A DNA stretch of 64,000 bases from Synechococcus sp. (GTDB taxonomy: Bacteria; Cyanobacteriota; Cyanobacteriia; PCC-6307; Cyanobiaceae), in assembly GCA_047284725.1 (NCBI GenBank), contig JBJBEO010000001.1:1400203-1464202 (forward strand), read 5' to 3'. The notes beneath the pieces are model-generated. The model was not told where the DNA came from and made no database searches. It saw nothing but the letters and a program-made list of their open reading frames with translations. This document shows, piece after piece, positions 10,289 through 22,992 of this stretch (the first letter of the stretch is position 1; each line of letters begins with the position of its first letter). The position numbers and the translations under genes are program-made.

Positions 10289-13200
10289 TCACGTTGACCC
10301 TGCTCCACTGAAAACAGCCTGGGTGCTGGCCACAAAAGCCTGCTCCTTCAGGTAACCAGCTGCGTCATCGGCATTGCGAACGCAGAATTGTGGACCAAGG
10401 CGGACGTAACGAACATCGGAGCCGTGTCGCACCGACGCCACCACCGGCACGCGCACTCCCAGTTCATCCTGCTCAGGGCGATGAGCCTGCAGGCACTCCC
10501 TCAGTTTGTGCTGAACAGCAACATCACTGGCCTGATCAGGAGCCAGCTCCACCAACAGCAGGCGCAGGTCATCAATCGCACGGCAGTCATCGACGATGAG
10601 CTGCACACGCTCATCACGACGATCGACTGCAGCCCACACCAACAAGCGGGCCTCGGCCATCAGATGATCGGAAAGACGTGCATAACTCTTGGGGAAGACA
10701 ACAGCTTCACAACTGCCGGTGAGGTCTTCAAGGGTGAGAACTGCCATGCGGTCACCCTTGCGGGTGGTGACCTGGCGATAGTCACTCACCATGGCAATCG
10801 CACTCACTTTGGCCTTATCCGCCTGTTCTTCGAGGCTGCCGAGACCAATGGGAGCCAACCATTTCGCCTGCGGCGTGAGCTGCTTCAGGGGATGATCCGA
10901 GAGATAGAAACCAACGAGATCTTTTTCTAGGCGCAGTTTCTCCGTGGGATGGTAATCAGGCACCGGTGACGCCTTCGGAGCCATGCTCAGGTCATGACCG
11001 GTGTCGCCCTGCGGCGACGACGCCGCTGCCGCTATCAGGTCGAACAGATTGCCCTGGCCACTCTCACGGTCCTTCGCCCGAGACGATGCCCAATCCAGCA
11101 ACAGCTCAAGATCAGCCACCAGCTGGGCCCTGTTGGCCTTGGGTTCCAATGCATCGAGGGCACCGCAGTGAATCAATGATTCCAGACTGCGACGATTCAT
11201 GACCGATGACGGCAGGCGGTCACACAGGTCGGCCAAGGACTCGAACGGCCCATCCGATTCACGACTCGCGATCAAATGACGGATGGCACCCTCACCGAGA
11301 TTACGAACGGCAGACAGACCGAACAGGATGCGGGTTCCAGTGGGCGTGAAATCAATTCCCGAAGCGTTGACGTCAGGAGGCATCACCTCAATGCCCATGG
11401 CATTGCAGTTGGAGATGTAGCGCTGCACCTTGTCGCTGGCACCGGCATTCACCGTGAGCAGCGCCGCCATGTAGGCCACTGGGTAATGCGCCTTGAGGTA
11501 GGCGGTTTGATAAGTCACCGCGCCATAGGCGGTGGAATGGCTCTTGTTGAAGCAATATTCCGCAAACAGCACCATCTGATCGAAAAGCTCGTCTGCGACC
11601 TTCTGATCCACGCCTCGTTCGCTGGCTCCTTTCACAAAGATGCTGCGATGTTTCTGCATCTCAGACACCTTTTTCTTACCCATGGCCCGGCGCAACAGAT
11701 CCGCTTCACCCAGCGAATAACCCGCCAGATCCTGAGCGATCTTCATGATCTGCTCCTGATACACCATGATCCCGTACGTCTCCTGGAGGATCGGCTCAAG
11801 GGCCTGATGGGCAAAGTCGATCGCCTCACGACCATGTTTTCGGTTGATGAATTTGGGGATCAGGCCGGCATCGAGAGGACCTGGTCTGTACAGAGCCAGA
11901 ATTGATGAAATGTCTTCGAGCGATGAAGGTCGCAGATCCCGAACGATCTGGCGCATTCCACTAGACTCGAGCTGGAAGATTCCCTCGAGGTCACCCCGGG
12001 CAAGCAGAGCGAACGTGTCGGCATCCTGAGCAGGAAGCTTGTCGGGATCGATGCGCTCTCCGAAGTTCGTTTCCACGAGCTCAAGGGTTTTATCGATCAT
12101 CGTGAGGTTCTTCAACCCAAGGAAGTCCATCTTCAGGAGTCCCATCGACTCCACGTCTTCCATGAAGTACTGGGTGATCACCTGACCATCGTTGTTGCGC
12201 TGAAGGGGCACCAGCTCATCCAGCGGATCAGCAGCAATCACCACACCGGCGGCATGCACCCCGAATGTTTTGTTGGTGCCTTCAATCCGCATGGCCATGT
12301 CGACCCAGCGCTTCGTGACCGGATCACTGAGATATTTCTCACGGAAATCCGGATTCGGAGACTCTTCCCCGATCATTGCGGCGAGCTTGGCAGGCTTGCC
12401 GCGCGCCACCGGGATCAGTTTGGCGAGCCGGTCTGCGTCGCCGTAGGGAATATCGAGCACACGGGCCACATCCTTCAGAACCGCCTTCGAGGTCATGCGG
12501 TTGAAGGTGATGATCTGAGCCACCTTGTCGTCGCCGTAGCGACGGGTGACGTAGTCGATCACCTCGCCACGGCGCTCGATGCAGAAATCGGTGTCGATAT
12601 CAGGCATCGACTTCCGTTCGGGGTTGAGAAAGCGTTCAAACAGCAAGCCATTGCTCACCGGGTCGATGTTGGTGATCCCGAGGGCATAGGCCACCAGAGA
12701 TCCAGCAGCCGACCCCCGCCCCGGACCCACAGGAATACCCTGTTCCCGGGCGAAGCGGATGTAATCCCACACCACCAAGAAATAGGTGGGGAAGCCCATC
12801 TGCTCCATGATCCCGAGCTCGTAGGTGAGACGCTCGCCGTACTCGTTGTTGATCGCTTCATCCGCTCCAAGGCTGAGGCGATCACGCAGACCCTGCTCCG
12901 TCACCTCCTTGAGATAACTCACCGGAGTATGGCCATCAGGAATGGGGAAGCGTGGCATCTGGTAACGCCCGAGGATGTCGTAGTCCTCAACCTTGTCGGC
13001 GACCAGGGCTGTTGTAGCAATGGCCTCCTGCACAACGGAAGGGTCGAGATGATCGGCAAACAGCCGCCCCATCTCCTCCTCGCTACGAATGAATTCGGTG
13101 CCGGTGTAGCGAAGACGCTTCTCGTCGGTGATCAGTTTGCCGGTGAGCACACACAACAGAGCATCGTGGGCCTCGACGTCATTGCGGGTGAGGTAGTGGG

Positions 13201-13825
13201 CATCGTTGGTGGCAACCAGGCCGATGCCCAACTCCTTGGCAATCTTGACGATCTCCACATTGACGATCCGATCCTCCTGAGAGCCGTGATCCTGGATCTC
13301 GAGATAAAAGTCATCGCCGAAGACACCTTGGTACCAACGGGCCACGTCCCTGGCCACGTCAGGGCGGCCCCGCAGAATCGCCTGGGGGATCTCCCCGCCA
13401 AGGCAAGCGGTGGCAATGATCAGCCCCTCGCTGTATTGCTGGAGGAGATGCTTGTCGATGCAGGCACGGGAAAAAATGCCACGACCCCGCATGCCACGAA
13501 GATGACTGATGCTGGTGAGCTTCACCAGGTTGCGATAACCGATGGCATTTTTGGCCAGCACCACCAAGTGGTAGCGGCGCTCCTTTTTCTGTTGTGGGTC
13601 ATCGATCGACCCATTCACCACATACATCTCATTGCCGATGATCGGCTTGATGCCTGCGCCCTCGCACAACTTGAGGAGCTCAACGGCTCCGTACATCACC
13701 CCGTGATCGGTAAGCGCCAGGGCCGGCATCCCCAGCTCCTTGGCCCTCTCCACCATCTGCGGCAGCTGTGACGCCCCATCCAGGAGGCTGTAGTCACTGT
13801 GGTTATGAAGAGGGACGAATGCCAT
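10289..13825 (-). CDS. dnaE: DNA polymerase III alpha subunit (contiguous, no intein)
   Basis: PHP motif [35 protein letters not shown] and an OB fold. Confidence 0.98.
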   Translation of the reverse strand: MAFVPLHNHSDYSLLDGASQLPQMVERAKELGMPALALTDHGVMYGAVELLKLCEGAGIKPIIGNEMYVVNGSIDDPQQKKERRYHLVVLAKNAIGYRNLVKLTSISHLRGMRGRGIFSRACIDKHLLQQYSEGLIIATACLGGEIPQAILRGRPDVARDVARWYQGVFGDDFYLEIQDHGSQEDRIVNVEIVKIAKELGIGLVATNDAHYLTRNDVEAHDALLCVLTGKLITDEKRLRYTGTEFIRSEEEMGRLFADHLDPSVVQEAIATTALVADKVEDYDILGRYQMPRFPIPDGHTPVSYLKEVTEQGLRDRLSLGADEAINNEYGERLTYELGIMEQMGFPTYFLVVWDYIRFAREQGIPVGPGRGSAAGSLVAYALGITNIDPVSNGLLFERFLNPERKSMPDIDTDFCIERRGEVIDYVTRRYGDDKVAQIITFNRMTSKAVLKDVARVLDIPYGDADRLAKLIPVARGKPAKLAAMIGEESPNPDFREKYLSDPVTKRWVDMAMRIEGTNKTFGVHAAGVVIAADPLDELVPLQRNNDGQVITQYFMEDVESMGLLKMDFLGLKNLTMIDKTLELVETNFGERIDPDKLPAQDADTFALLARGDLEGIFQLESSGMRQIVRDLRPSSLEDISSILALYRPGPLDAGLIPKFINRKHGREAIDFAHQALEPILQETYGIMVYQEQIMKIAQDLAGYSLGEADLLRRAMGKKKVSEMQKHRSIFVKGASERGVDQKVADELFDQMVLFAEYCFNKSHSTAYGAVTYQTAYLKAHYPVAYMAALLTVNAGASDKVQRYISNCNAMGIEVMPPDVNASGIDFTPTGTRILFGLSAVRNLGEGAIRHLIASRESDGPFESLADLCDRLPSSVMNRRSLESLIHCGALDALEPKANRAQLVADLELLLDWASSRAKDRESGQGNLFDLIAAAASSPQGDTGHDLSMAPKASPVPDYHPTEKLRLEKDLVGFYLSDHPLKQLTPQAKWLAPIGLGSLEEQADKAKVSAIAMVSDYRQVTTRKGDRMAVLTLEDLTGSCEAVVFPKSYARLSDHLMAEARLLVWAAVDRRDERVQLIVDDCRAIDDLRLLLVELAPDQASDVAVQHKLRECLQAHRPEQDELGVRVPVVASVRHGSDVRYVRLGPQFCVRNADDAAGYLKEQAFVASTQAVFSGAGST

Positions 13826-13914
13826 GGCCCCAGATTAGGGGGCCACGCAAGATAGAGAGAAGCTCGACTGAAACAACCCCAGATATGGGGTGCACCCGAG
13901 CTGCGCTGACGGGA

Positions 13915-15378
13915 TCAGGCGGGGATGAAGGCTCCCTGGGGACGGGTCGCCATCACCTGGGCCGCCTGCTCGTATTGGTGCGCCACCTGGAGCAATCGCG
14001 ACTCCTCCAGCACGTTGCCGATCAACTGCACGCCAATGGGCAAACCAGCGGAGTCAAAACCGCAGGGGACGCTGATGGCAGGCAGGCCGGCCAGGTTGGC
14101 TGGGATCGTGAGCAGATCTGCCAGGTACATGGCCAGAGGATCATCGGCGTGGGCCCCCTGACGGAACGACGTGCTGGGGGCCGTTGGGGTTAACAGCACA
14201 TCCACCTGCCCGTAAGCAGCATCAAAATCACGACGAATCAAGGTGCGCACTTGCTGCGCTTTCTTGTAATAAGCATCGACGTAGCCAGCCGAGAGGGCGT
14301 AGGTACCGATCAGAATGCGTCGCTGCACTTCACTGCCGAAGCCTTCGGCACGGCTCCGGGCGGTCATGGCCGCCAGGCTTTCAGCATCCTCAGCGCGAAA
14401 GCCATATTTGACGCCGTCATAGCGGGCCAGGTTGGCTGAAGCTTCCGAAGGCGCAATCACGTAATACGTGGCAATGCCGTCGGTGAAACGGGGACAACTC
14501 ACATCCACCAACTCGGCTCCCAGAGCCTTGAGCTGCTTGGCAGCGGCCATCACAGAGGCCTGAACATCCGCAGCCAGTCCATCCTGCTCAAAGCACTCTT
14601 TCACCAGACCCACCTTCAAGCCCTTGATCGGCTTGGCCAGGTCAGCGCTGTAATCAGGTACAGGCGCTTTGAGAGACGTGGAATCCCTTGGATCATGACC
14701 CGCCATCACCTGCAGCAATTCAGCCGCATCCGCCACATTGGTGGTGAACGGGCCAACCTGATCCAGGGAGCTGGCAAAGGCCACGAGGCCATAGCGGCTG
14801 ATGCGGCCATAGGTGGGTTTCAGACCCACCACGCCACAGAATGAGGCCGGCTGGCGGATCGACCCCCCTGTATCGGAGCCAAGGGAGGCCATGCACTCCC
14901 CTGCGGCGAGCGCCGCTGCACTGCCACCAGAGCTACCTCCGGGGACATGCTCAGGATTCCAGGGGTTGGCCGTGGGACCGAATGCAGAGGTTTCGGTGGA
15001 GCCGCCCATGGCGAACTCGTCGAGATTGGTCTTGCCGAGCAAGACGGCCCCCGACTCCCACAGACGCGTGGTCACCGTCGACTCATAGGGAGGAACGAAA
15101 TCCTCGAGCATGCGACTGGCGCAGGTGGTGGCGACACCCTTGGTGCAAAGGTTGTCCTTAATCGCCAGAGGCACACCCGCCAGGGGAGGCAAGGATTCAC
15201 CGGCGCTACGGGCAGCGTCAATCCGATCGGCATCAGCCCTGGCCCGTTCAGCCGTCACCTCGAGATAGGCGTTGAGACTCGGTTCAACGGCGGCGATGCG
15301 GGACAGGTGATGGTCCGTGAGCTCTCGGGCGGATACCTGGCCGCTCTGAAGTTGCTGACGCCACTCGGCGATCGCCAT
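13915..15378 (-). CDS. gatA: Asp/Glu-tRNA amidotransferase subunit A
   Basis: [45 protein letters not shown]. Confidence 0.97.
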   Translation of the reverse strand: MAIAEWRQQLQSGQVSARELTDHHLSRIAAVEPSLNAYLEVTAERARADADRIDAARSAGESLPPLAGVPLAIKDNLCTKGVATTCASRMLEDFVPPYESTVTTRLWESGAVLLGKTNLDEFAMGGSTETSAFGPTANPWNPEHVPGGSSGGSAAALAAGECMASLGSDTGGSIRQPASFCGVVGLKPTYGRISRYGLVAFASSLDQVGPFTTNVADAAELLQVMAGHDPRDSTSLKAPVPDYSADLAKPIKGLKVGLVKECFEQDGLAADVQASVMAAAKQLKALGAELVDVSCPRFTDGIATYYVIAPSEASANLARYDGVKYGFRAEDAESLAAMTARSRAEGFGSEVQRRILIGTYALSAGYVDAYYKKAQQVRTLIRRDFDAAYGQVDVLLTPTAPSTSFRQGAHADDPLAMYLADLLTIPANLAGLPAISVPCGFDSAGLPIGVQLIGNVLEESRLLQVAHQYEQAAQVMATRPQGAFIPA

Positions 15379-15409
15379 CGACAAGGTCTGCTACTCAGCA
15401 GCGACGCTA

Positions 15410-15658
15410 TCAGCCGTCGTCAGCTGTCAGGGTGAAGGGCTCGCCACGACGGCAGCGAACCAGCGTGTGGCTGAGATGTGCTGGCGCTTCTGACGACACG
15501 TCGTCGAGGAACACGGGGAGTTGCTTCAACAGGCTGGAACGGGTCACAAAAGGACCGAACCAATAGGTGGTGTCGGGTCCCTGGGTCTGAACCCGGGCCC
15601 ACCAAGCCAGACCAAGACCGTTGGCGACACTGCGCAGCGGCCTGTTCAGGAGGCCCAT
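15410..15658 (-). CDS. Small cyanobacterial protein, DUF1816-like
   Basis: GLAWWARV...P..TYWFGPF pattern. Confidence 0.75.
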   Translation of the reverse strand: MGLLNRPLRSVANGLGLAWWARVQTQGPDTTYWFGPFVTRSSLLKQLPVFLDDVSSEAPAHLSHTLVRCRRGEPFTLTADDG

Positions 15659-15736
15659 CAGGGGAGGAAGCAGATAAAGGCATTGTGCCCTGTTTCCTCT
15701 CCAGCTGACGAAGGACGTTCCGGGAGTGGCGCGGAC

Positions 15737-17488
15737 TCAGAGTTCAACGCTGTCGTTGAAAGAACCTCCCGGCGTCGACGTGGCACCCGTGGATGTGGGA
15801 TCAAGACCAAGCGCCAGGTCAGGGGTCTCAACGGGGGTCGCAATCTCAGGCTGCAACTCGACTGCCGCATCGCTGTCCGCTGAAGAGTGCATCGCAGGCG
15901 CAGGGGAGACTTCATCGATCTGCACCGACTCAGAACGGTGCCCGGCTGCCGTCGCCAGCGCACCACAACGCGGCCGCACGATCGGTGGCGATGGAGCCTG
16001 TCCCTTGAGATCTTTCATCCAGCCACGGCGCGCCACCTCGTAGAGGCACATGGCCGTCGCAACCGATGCATTGAGGCTGGGCGTGACACCGCGCAACGGA
16101 ATCCGAATCAACTGATCACAGTGGCGCCTGGTCAGCAGCGACAACCCCTGCCCCTCAGAGCCTGTCACCACCACCAACGGTCCATCCAGATCAGCCTCAG
16201 GAAGCGTCACATCCCCCTCTTCTGCCAGACCCACCACCCGGTAGCCCGCATCCTTCAGCGTTTCGAGGGAACGGTTGAGGTTGACCACACGGGCGACGGG
16301 AAGGTGCTCAAGCGCACCGGCAGCCACCTTGGCGACGGACCCGGTGAGACCGGCACTGCGACGTTGTGGCAAGACAACGCCATGGGCACCCAATGCCTCA
16401 GCCGAGCGAACAATGGCCCCCAGGTTGTGCGGGTCGGTGAGGCCATCGAGAGCCAGCAGCAAGGGGGGTTCTCCCAACGCCGCACACCCTTCCACCAGGG
16501 AGGGCAGGTCCAGAGTTTCGGCAGAGGCCGTCTGCAGAGCGATGCCCTGGTGCACTGCGCCCCCTGTGAGTTGTCCCAAGCGAGCCCAGGTGACCTCCTC
16601 AACCAGAACACCCGAGGCCTTCGCCTCTCTCAGCAGCTGGAGGAATTTGGGGGAACTGCGGACTTCGGGTGTGCACCAGATGCGATGAATCGGACGTCCT
16701 GCCTCGAGCGCCGCCTGAGTGGCATGGCGCCCCCAGAGCATGTCATCGGCCTGAGCGTCAGGAGAATGGGCAAAGTCCTCACCCTGACTGGAGGCCTGAT
16801 CGAAGGAACCTCTGGCCTCATCCCGATGCCAGTTGCTGCGACGGGCCCCAACGCGGCCATCCTGCCGCTGACCACGGAAACGTTCAGGGCCTGAGGAACC
16901 GGCGCGAGCGGAACGATCCCCTCCCGGACGGTTGCTCCGATTGAATCGATCTTGACTGGAGAAACGGTCCTCCCGCTGAAAGCGACCGCCGCGCGCAGAG
17001 CCGGAGGCACGTTCTGAACGTGAGTCGGAAGCAAAGCGGTTGTCACGATTGAACGACCCTTCCTTGGAAAAACGACCACCATTGGAAGGCTGATCCTCGC
17101 GGCCGAAGCGGTTGCCGCGATCGGAACGATCCGACCTCGCATAGCGACGGTCGCCTCCAGACGCGGAGTCCCGATCAAATCGAGAGGCGCGGTCGAAACG
17201 ATCGCCGCGACCTGGGCGGGCCTTTCGATCAAAGCGCCCGTCACGGTCAAAACGGTCCTTGTGAGTCGAGCGGCTTGTCCGCTCTCCACGCCCGCCACGA
17301 TCGAAACGATCATCGCGATCGAAACGGGCAGCGCGATCCGAGCGGTTGTCTCGATCCGAACGGCCTTCGCGCTCAAATCGGGTCCGGTAGGGACGTCCGC
17401 CGCCGCCAGAGCGTCCTGCACCAGAGGAGCGTCCCCCTCCATAGGAACGGCCATCACCGGACGAGCGGCGATCAGAACGGAAACTCAT
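15737..17488 (-). CDS. rlmB: 23S rRNA Gm2251 methyltransferase RlmB with a long R/D/G-rich N-terminal extension
   Basis: WGRH, HQG, LDGLTDPHNLGAIVRSA, GSEGQG and SLNASVA SPOUT motifs. Confidence 0.93.
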   Translation of the reverse strand: MSFRSDRRSSGDGRSYGGGRSSGAGRSGGGGRPYRTRFEREGRSDRDNRSDRAARFDRDDRFDRGGRGERTSRSTHKDRFDRDGRFDRKARPGRGDRFDRASRFDRDSASGGDRRYARSDRSDRGNRFGREDQPSNGGRFSKEGSFNRDNRFASDSRSERASGSARGGRFQREDRFSSQDRFNRSNRPGGDRSARAGSSGPERFRGQRQDGRVGARRSNWHRDEARGSFDQASSQGEDFAHSPDAQADDMLWGRHATQAALEAGRPIHRIWCTPEVRSSPKFLQLLREAKASGVLVEEVTWARLGQLTGGAVHQGIALQTASAETLDLPSLVEGCAALGEPPLLLALDGLTDPHNLGAIVRSAEALGAHGVVLPQRRSAGLTGSVAKVAAGALEHLPVARVVNLNRSLETLKDAGYRVVGLAEEGDVTLPEADLDGPLVVVTGSEGQGLSLLTRRHCDQLIRIPLRGVTPSLNASVATAMCLYEVARRGWMKDLKGQAPSPPIVRPRCGALATAAGHRSESVQIDEVSPAPAMHSSADSDAAVELQPEIATPVETPDLALGLDPTSTGATSTPGGSFNDSVEL

Positions 17489-17502
17489 GAACGGAACGGG
17501 GG

Positions 17503-17910
17503 CTATGACAGGTCGTTTTCGGTCTCCTCCAGTCGATCCAGCAATTCGGCAAGCCGGGCAGGATTCTGTAAAAAGAGCCAGCCAACCATTGTCTCAAATC
17601 CCGTGGCTCGTCCATAGACGGAGGCCTCGCCGCGGCGGGGGCCACGACCAGCCCGGTTGCGACCACGCCTGACCAGATCCCTTTCCAGATCTGACAGATG
17701 GGACTCAAGGCGATCAAGCACCGCAGCCTGAGCATCAGCCTTCACTTCAGCCACGACAGCTTTATGCAGGTCATCGGCTCGCCCTGGACGGCGGCAATGC
17801 CTCAAACGCTGATGCAGCTCCCAAACGGCATCACCCAACCACGCCAGCTGAAGAGGACCCAGGTCGTCGGCACCTCCGCGCCCTGGTTGGGATCGAATCC
17901 AGTCGCTCAA
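17503..17910 (-). CDS. mrnC: Mini-ribonuclease III
   Basis: LAWLGDAVWEL, RRGRN, YGRATGFETMVGWL. Confidence 0.9.
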   Translation of the reverse strand: MSDWIRSQPGRGGADDLGPLQLAWLGDAVWELHQRLRHCRRPGRADDLHKAVVAEVKADAQAAVLDRLESHLSDLERDLVRRGRNRAGRGPRRGEASVYGRATGFETMVGWLFLQNPARLAELLDRLEETENDLS

Positions 17911-18272
17911 GCCGCCAGCTTGGTCAACGCACTCTCCAGATCGGGCACGAGATGAAGAAACTCCTCGAGCCTTACCAACTTCACGGTTTGAGCAACACGG
18001 GCATTGCCCACAACCAGGAAACTCCGCTTGGCGTCATTGCAGTGCTTGGCCAACTGCACCATGGCGCCGAGACCGGAGGAATCAAGGAAATCGATCTTGC
18101 TGAGATCGATCACCAACGCTGAGGTATTCGCCTTGAGAACGTCGGTGACGTACGTCAGAAACTGTTTCTCGGAGTAAGCATCGAGCTGTCCGGTGAAATG
18201 AAACAACAGACAGTGGTCACGCTGCTCAAAGCCACCACGCAGAGAAACAGTGAGTCGCTGCAGTTCAGTGAT
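17907..18272 (-). CDS. STAS-domain anti-sigma-factor antagonist (probable non-canonical start)
   Basis: GQLDAYS and IDLSKIDFLDSSGLGA; the start codon is discussed in the findings. Confidence 0.85.
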   Translation of the reverse strand: MTELQRLTVSLRGGFEQRDHCLLFHFTGQLDAYSEKQFLTYVTDVLKANTSALVIDLSKIDFLDSSGLGAMVQLAKHCNDAKRSFLVVGNARVAQTVKLVRLEEFLHLVPDLESALTKLAA

Positions 18273-18336
18273 GGAACCAGCCCCCCTCAGGCGTGTTGTG
18301 CCGAAGTTTAGAGAGACTGAAGCAGCTGGACCACCA

Positions 18337-19479
18337 TCAGCGACGTTCTGCCATGAGAGCAGCAAAACGGGAGAAGTGGTGGTCGGCGTCGTGGGGGCCG
18401 GGGCTGGCTTCCGGGTGGTATTGCACACCAAACACCGGCTGGCTGCGATGGGCCATCGCAGCCACGGTCCGATCGTTGAGGTTCAGATGGGTCACTTCCA
18501 CGGTCTCAGCTGGCAAGGAAGCCGCATCGAGCGCAAAGCCATGGTTCTGGCTGGTGATTTCCACCTGCCCGGTCGTGCCGCAGGGGTGATTCAAACCGCG
18601 GTGTCCAAAGGCGAGCTTGAAGGTGGAGCCTCCTAACGCCAATCCGAGGATCTGGTGGCCGAGGCAGATGCCGAAGAGAGGCAGCTGTCGCTGCTCCAGA
18701 AGGCCTTTGGCCAGAGCAATGCCTCCAACAACAGCGGCAGGGTCTCCGGGACCATTCGAAAGGAACACCCCTTCAGGCGCATGATCGAGCACCTCCTCAA
18801 GGGAACTGGACGCCGGCAAGACGGTGACCTCACAGCCATGGCCGACAAGGCGATCGAGGATCGCACGCTTGATGCCGAAATCGATTGCAACAACCCGGTA
18901 GGGCTTGTCGGGACGGGCCTGAAGACGTTGATCAAAGGCCGCTGCACAGGCCGAATTCCAGACGTAGGGCTCTTTCGTGCTGACGGTGTCAGCAAGGTTC
19001 AGCCCCTGCATCGACGGTGCAGTGTTGAGGTCCTCCAGCAGAGCCTGGGGGGAACGTCCGTCGGAGCTGATCACACCATTCATGGCACCTGCATCCCGGA
19101 GGTGACGCACCAGTGCACGGGTATCGATGCCATGAATGCCGATGACACCGTGCTGATCCAGCCATTCCGCCAGTGTCTGGCTAGATCGCCAGTTACTTGG
19201 CAGCGGGGCCAGTTGACGTGCGATCAAGCCTCTGGCGTGGGGTTGATCAGCTTCCTGATCTTCCCCATTGACCCCCGTGTTGCCCAACTCGGGGTAGGTG
19301 AAGGTGACCAGCTGACCTGAATAGCTCGGATCCGTCATCACTTCCTGATATCCAGTCATGCCGGTGTTGAACACCACCTCCCCCACCACGCTGCCGCGAC
19401 GTCCACAGGCCAAACCTTCGAACACGGTGCCATCGGCGAGCACCAGCACCGCAGAGGCTTTGGATTGGGCGGAAGTCAT
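18337..19479 (-). CDS. carA: Carbamoyl-phosphate synthase small subunit
   Basis: [38 protein letters not shown]. Confidence 0.97.
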   Translation of the reverse strand: MTSAQSKASAVLVLADGTVFEGLACGRRGSVVGEVVFNTGMTGYQEVMTDPSYSGQLVTFTYPELGNTGVNGEDQEADQPHARGLIARQLAPLPSNWRSSQTLAEWLDQHGVIGIHGIDTRALVRHLRDAGAMNGVISSDGRSPQALLEDLNTAPSMQGLNLADTVSTKEPYVWNSACAAAFDQRLQARPDKPYRVVAIDFGIKRAILDRLVGHGCEVTVLPASSSLEEVLDHAPEGVFLSNGPGDPAAVVGGIALAKGLLEQRQLPLFGICLGHQILGLALGGSTFKLAFGHRGLNHPCGTTGQVEITSQNHGFALDAASLPAETVEVTHLNLNDRTVAAMAHRSQPVFGVQYHPEASPGPHDADHHFSRFAALMAERR

Positions 19480-19513
19480 GGACACGCAGACCCAGAAACA
19501 ACGGTTCGTCTTC

Positions 19514-20560
19514 TTATTGTTCCTCCCCGCCGCGCAGCGCCGTGCTGAGGCGCTCAAGGCGCTGCCAGGGATGCCCCTGAGCAAGACAGACGAGCGCCTG
19601 CTGAACCCCCTGCTTGAGATCCGGCTCAACTCCAGCCACCCAGAGCACCAGAGCCGTGTTCAAGGCCACGACATCCTGCTGAGCCCTGGTGCCACGACCC
19701 TGCAGCACTGCTTCAAGAATGGCCTGGTTCTCGTCCAGATCCCCGCCCCTGAGTTCCGCCAGTGGCGCCAACTGCAAGCCCACATCAACGGGGTTGATCC
19801 AGTCCGAGCGCAGTTGGCCCTTGTCGAGAATGCGAACGGCATTCGGCCCCTCAAGCGACGCCTCATCCAGCCCTCCGGCACCGTGCACCACAACGGCTCT
19901 TTCCTGACCCAGTCCCTGTAAGGCTGTGGCCATCGGATCGAGCAGGTCCTCCCTGGCCACACCCAACACCTGACCATTCGGGCGCAACGGATTCACCAGC
20001 GGCCCCAGGAGATTGAAAACCGTACGCACCCCGAGGCTGCGCCGCAACGGCGCCAGATTCACCAACGCCGGATGCCATGCAGGCGCAAACAGAAACGTGA
20101 GGCCAGCCTTGGGTAGCGCCTCCACCACCTGAGCCGCAGGGGCTGTGAGCTGCAGGCCAAGGGCCTCCAGTACATCGGCGGAGCCGACCTTGCCGCTTGC
20201 ACTGCGGTTGCCATGCTTGGCCACCACCGCACCACAGGCGGCCGCGGTGAAGGCAACGGCGGTAGAAATGTTGAACGTGTCAGCACCGTCTCCGCCAGTA
20301 CCACAGGTGTCGACCAGAAACCCATCGGGGCGAGGGCCGGGCAGAGGACATGCCTGGCGAAGCACCCGAGCCATCGCGGCCAGTTCCGTGCCTTCAGTTC
20401 CCCGAGCCCGGAGAGCAGCCAGAAACCCTCCTGTCTGAACCGGGGTGAGTGCCTCCTCAAGCCAGGCCTGCATGAGTGCTGTGGCCTCACCATCCGAGAG
20501 TCTGTCGCCCTGCAGAAGACGATCCAGCAATTGGGGCCAGGACACAGAGTGATTCGCCAT
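19514..20560 (-). CDS. trpD: Anthranilate phosphoribosyltransferase
   Basis: [37 protein letters not shown]. Confidence 0.96.
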   Translation of the reverse strand: MANHSVSWPQLLDRLLQGDRLSDGEATALMQAWLEEALTPVQTGGFLAALRARGTEGTELAAMARVLRQACPLPGPRPDGFLVDTCGTGGDGADTFNISTAVAFTAAACGAVVAKHGNRSASGKVGSADVLEALGLQLTAPAAQVVEALPKAGLTFLFAPAWHPALVNLAPLRRSLGVRTVFNLLGPLVNPLRPNGQVLGVAREDLLDPMATALQGLGQERAVVVHGAGGLDEASLEGPNAVRILDKGQLRSDWINPVDVGLQLAPLAELRGGDLDENQAILEAVLQGRGTRAQQDVVALNTALVLWVAGVEPDLKQGVQQALVCLAQGHPWQRLERLSTALRGGEEQ

Positions 20561-20742
20561 GGGTTGACAGAAAAAAACCCGGGTGCAGAGCACTCCGGGC
20601 CAGGTGATGGGGACAACGCCAATATCCCTTAAAAATCGGCGTCTGGCCAGGCGGCTCTGATTTTTCAGCAGCCTGCTGAAAGGCCCTGCCGCCACTGGAG
20701 ACGAGGGCCAGTGCCTAGGTTGAACGCTGCGCTCGCCCATGG

Positions 20743-22494
20743 ATGGCCGCTTTCCGTCTTGATCTGATCGGTCGCTACCTGCGCCCCCATCGCCGCACCG
20801 TGCTGCTTGGCGCCGTGGCCCTTGTGATCGTCAACATGCTCAGCGTGATGATCCCCATGGAAGTCCGCCGGGTGATCGACGAACTGCAGCCTGGTTTCGC
20901 GATCAGCGATGTGCTGCGTCAGGCCGGGTGGATCGTGTTGCTCGCCAGCACGATGGCCGTGGTTCGCTTGATGTCCAGGCAGCTGGTCTTTGGTGTTGGC
21001 CGGCAGGTGGAAGTGGAATTACGGCAGCGCCTGTTCGATCACATGCTTCGACAGGAACCAGGCTGGGTGCAGGAGACCGGCAGCGGCGAAGTGATCAGCC
21101 GGGCCACCAGTGACGTTGAAAACATCAGACGCCTTCTGGGCTTTGCGGTGTTGAGTCTCACCAACACAGCATTGGCCTATGCCTTCACCATCCCGGCCAT
21201 GCTGGCCATCGATCCGGGACTGACAGTGGCAGCCATTGCCGTCTATCCCGTGATGCTGGGCACGGTGCGCCTATTCGGCGGCAGGATGATGCGTCAGCAA
21301 CGACGCCAGCAGGAGCATCTGGCTGGACTGAGCGACTTGATCCAGGAGGATCTCTCTGGGATCGCCGCCATCAAGATCTACGGCCAGGAAGCACAGGAGA
21401 AGGTCGCCTTTCAAGAGCGGAACCGCAACTACCGGGATGCCGCCATTCGTCTCGCTCGCACCCGCAGCACCCTTTTTCCTTCGCTTGAGGGAATGTCTTC
21501 GCTGTCTCTGCCACTGCTCCTGGCTCTTGGCAGTGGCCAGCTGCAGGCAGGCACCCTCAGCATCGGCGGACTGGTGGCCCTGATCCTTTACGTGGAAAGG
21601 CTGGTCTTTCCCACCGCCCTCCTTGGATTCACCCTCAACACCTTTCAGACAGGCCAGGTGAGCTTGGAGCGGGTGGAGGAATTGCTCGAGCGGCGTCCCT
21701 TCATCACTGACCCCCCCGAACCCAACCATTTGAACCAACCGGTTCAGGGGCGCATCGAAGCCAGAAATCTCTGCATCCGCTACGACAACAGCGAGAGAAA
21801 AACGCTTTCAGGCCTTTCGTTTGTCATCGAGCCTGGAGAACTGGTGGCCGTCGTCGGCCCCGTTGGTTGCGGCAAAACCACCCTGGCCCGGGCATTGGGA
21901 CGCATGGTGAACGTTGAGGAAGGCCAGCTGTTCCTCGATGGCTGTGATCTCACCACGCTTCGTTTGCGTGATCTGCGGGAACACGTGGCCCTGGTGCCCC
22001 AAGAGGGCTATCTCTTCACCAACTCGTTGGCTGACAATCTGCGCTACGGCAACCCAAGTGCGGAGATCGCCAAGGTTGAGGCAGCCGCAGAACAGGCTCG
22101 CCTCATGGATGATGTGCGTGGTTTTCCGGATGGATTTGACACCTTGGTGGGTGAACGCGGAATCACCCTCAGCGGCGGACAGCGCCAGCGGACGGCACTG
22201 GGCAGAGCCCTGCTGATGACCTCTCCGATCCTTGTTCTTGACGATGCCCTGGCGAGCGTTGACAACAACACCGCTGCAGCGATCCTTGCGTCGATCCGCC
22301 AGCAGCGGCAACGCACGATTGTGATGATCAGCCACCAGCTTTCAGCGGCTGCCGCCTGTGATCGCATCCTTGTGATCGAGCAAGGATGCCTCGTCCAGGA
22401 AGGTCACCACAGCACCCTGGTCAAAGAAAACGGTCTGTATCGCCGGCTCTGGGAACGCGAACAAGCGTCGGAACGTCTCGAAGCAGTGGCCTGA
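20743..22494 (+). CDS. ABC exporter, fused permease and ATPase (MdlA-like)
   Basis: TM domain plus [22 protein letters not shown]. Confidence 0.93.
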   Translation: MAAFRLDLIGRYLRPHRRTVLLGAVALVIVNMLSVMIPMEVRRVIDELQPGFAISDVLRQAGWIVLLASTMAVVRLMSRQLVFGVGRQVEVELRQRLFDHMLRQEPGWVQETGSGEVISRATSDVENIRRLLGFAVLSLTNTALAYAFTIPAMLAIDPGLTVAAIAVYPVMLGTVRLFGGRMMRQQRRQQEHLAGLSDLIQEDLSGIAAIKIYGQEAQEKVAFQERNRNYRDAAIRLARTRSTLFPSLEGMSSLSLPLLLALGSGQLQAGTLSIGGLVALILYVERLVFPTALLGFTLNTFQTGQVSLERVEELLERRPFITDPPEPNHLNQPVQGRIEARNLCIRYDNSERKTLSGLSFVIEPGELVAVVGPVGCGKTTLARALGRMVNVEEGQLFLDGCDLTTLRLRDLREHVALVPQEGYLFTNSLADNLRYGNPSAEIAKVEAAAEQARLMDDVRGFPDGFDTLVGERGITLSGGQRQRTALGRALLMTSPILVLDDALASVDNNTAAAILASIRQQRQRTIVMISHQLSAAAACDRILVIEQGCLVQEGHHSTLVKENGLYRRLWEREQASERLEAVA

Positions 22495-22543
22495 TCCGCG
22501 ATTCATGGCTTAGCTGAAACTACTGTTCAATGGTTGACGAGCC

Positions 22544-22792
22544 ATGGCGTCTTCCAAGTCCTATCTGGTGCGTTGCACCCTCACCTTCGGAGATATCTAC
22601 ATCCAGATCCTGGCCTGGATGGCTGTGATCTTTGTCAGCCTCGCCGCAGGCCTCGCATTGATGGGGTCAAGCAGGCCCTTGTTCGCGCTCGTGGGGGTCG
22701 GCCTGATCTTGGTTCTGAGCCTTCCTTTCCTTCTCTTCGCCTTTGTCACAACGCTGCTGAACCACATTCAGCTGACGAAACCTTCGACATAA
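22544..22792 (+). CDS. Small two-TM membrane protein
   Basis: ATG ORF with two hydrophobic helices. Confidence 0.65.
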   Translation: MASSKSYLVRCTLTFGDIYIQILAWMAVIFVSLAAGLALMGSSRPLFALVGVGLILVLSLPFLLFAFVTTLLNHIQLTKPST

Positions 22793-22992
22793 CGACGACT
22801 GCTCACCCCAATCGTTCTGACCTGAGGACCGGCAGGTCTTCAGAACTTCATTGAATCAAACTGAAACGACTGGGAGAAGCTCAAGCCGGATGGATTGAGC
22901 ACCAGCCGCAACCACCAAGAGCGAACCGAAGCACCTCACTCCACCACAGATGAGCAGGATTCCTAGGGTGAGCCTTGAGAATGAATGCTTCC

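Noticed and set aside
12254..13771. Long antisense ORFs (also 5634-6719, 33424-34647, 47320-48687 and others)
   Set aside because: They lie opposite well-conserved genes and are the expected shadow ORFs of high-GC codon usage; no motifs.
10289..13825. Split or intein-containing dnaE
   Set aside because: The usual split site EY/CFNKSH is contiguous and no intein is present.
16900..17400. CRISPR-like or non-coding tandem repeats
   Set aside because: The repeats are degenerate and in frame within rlmB, with no constant repeat-spacer structure.
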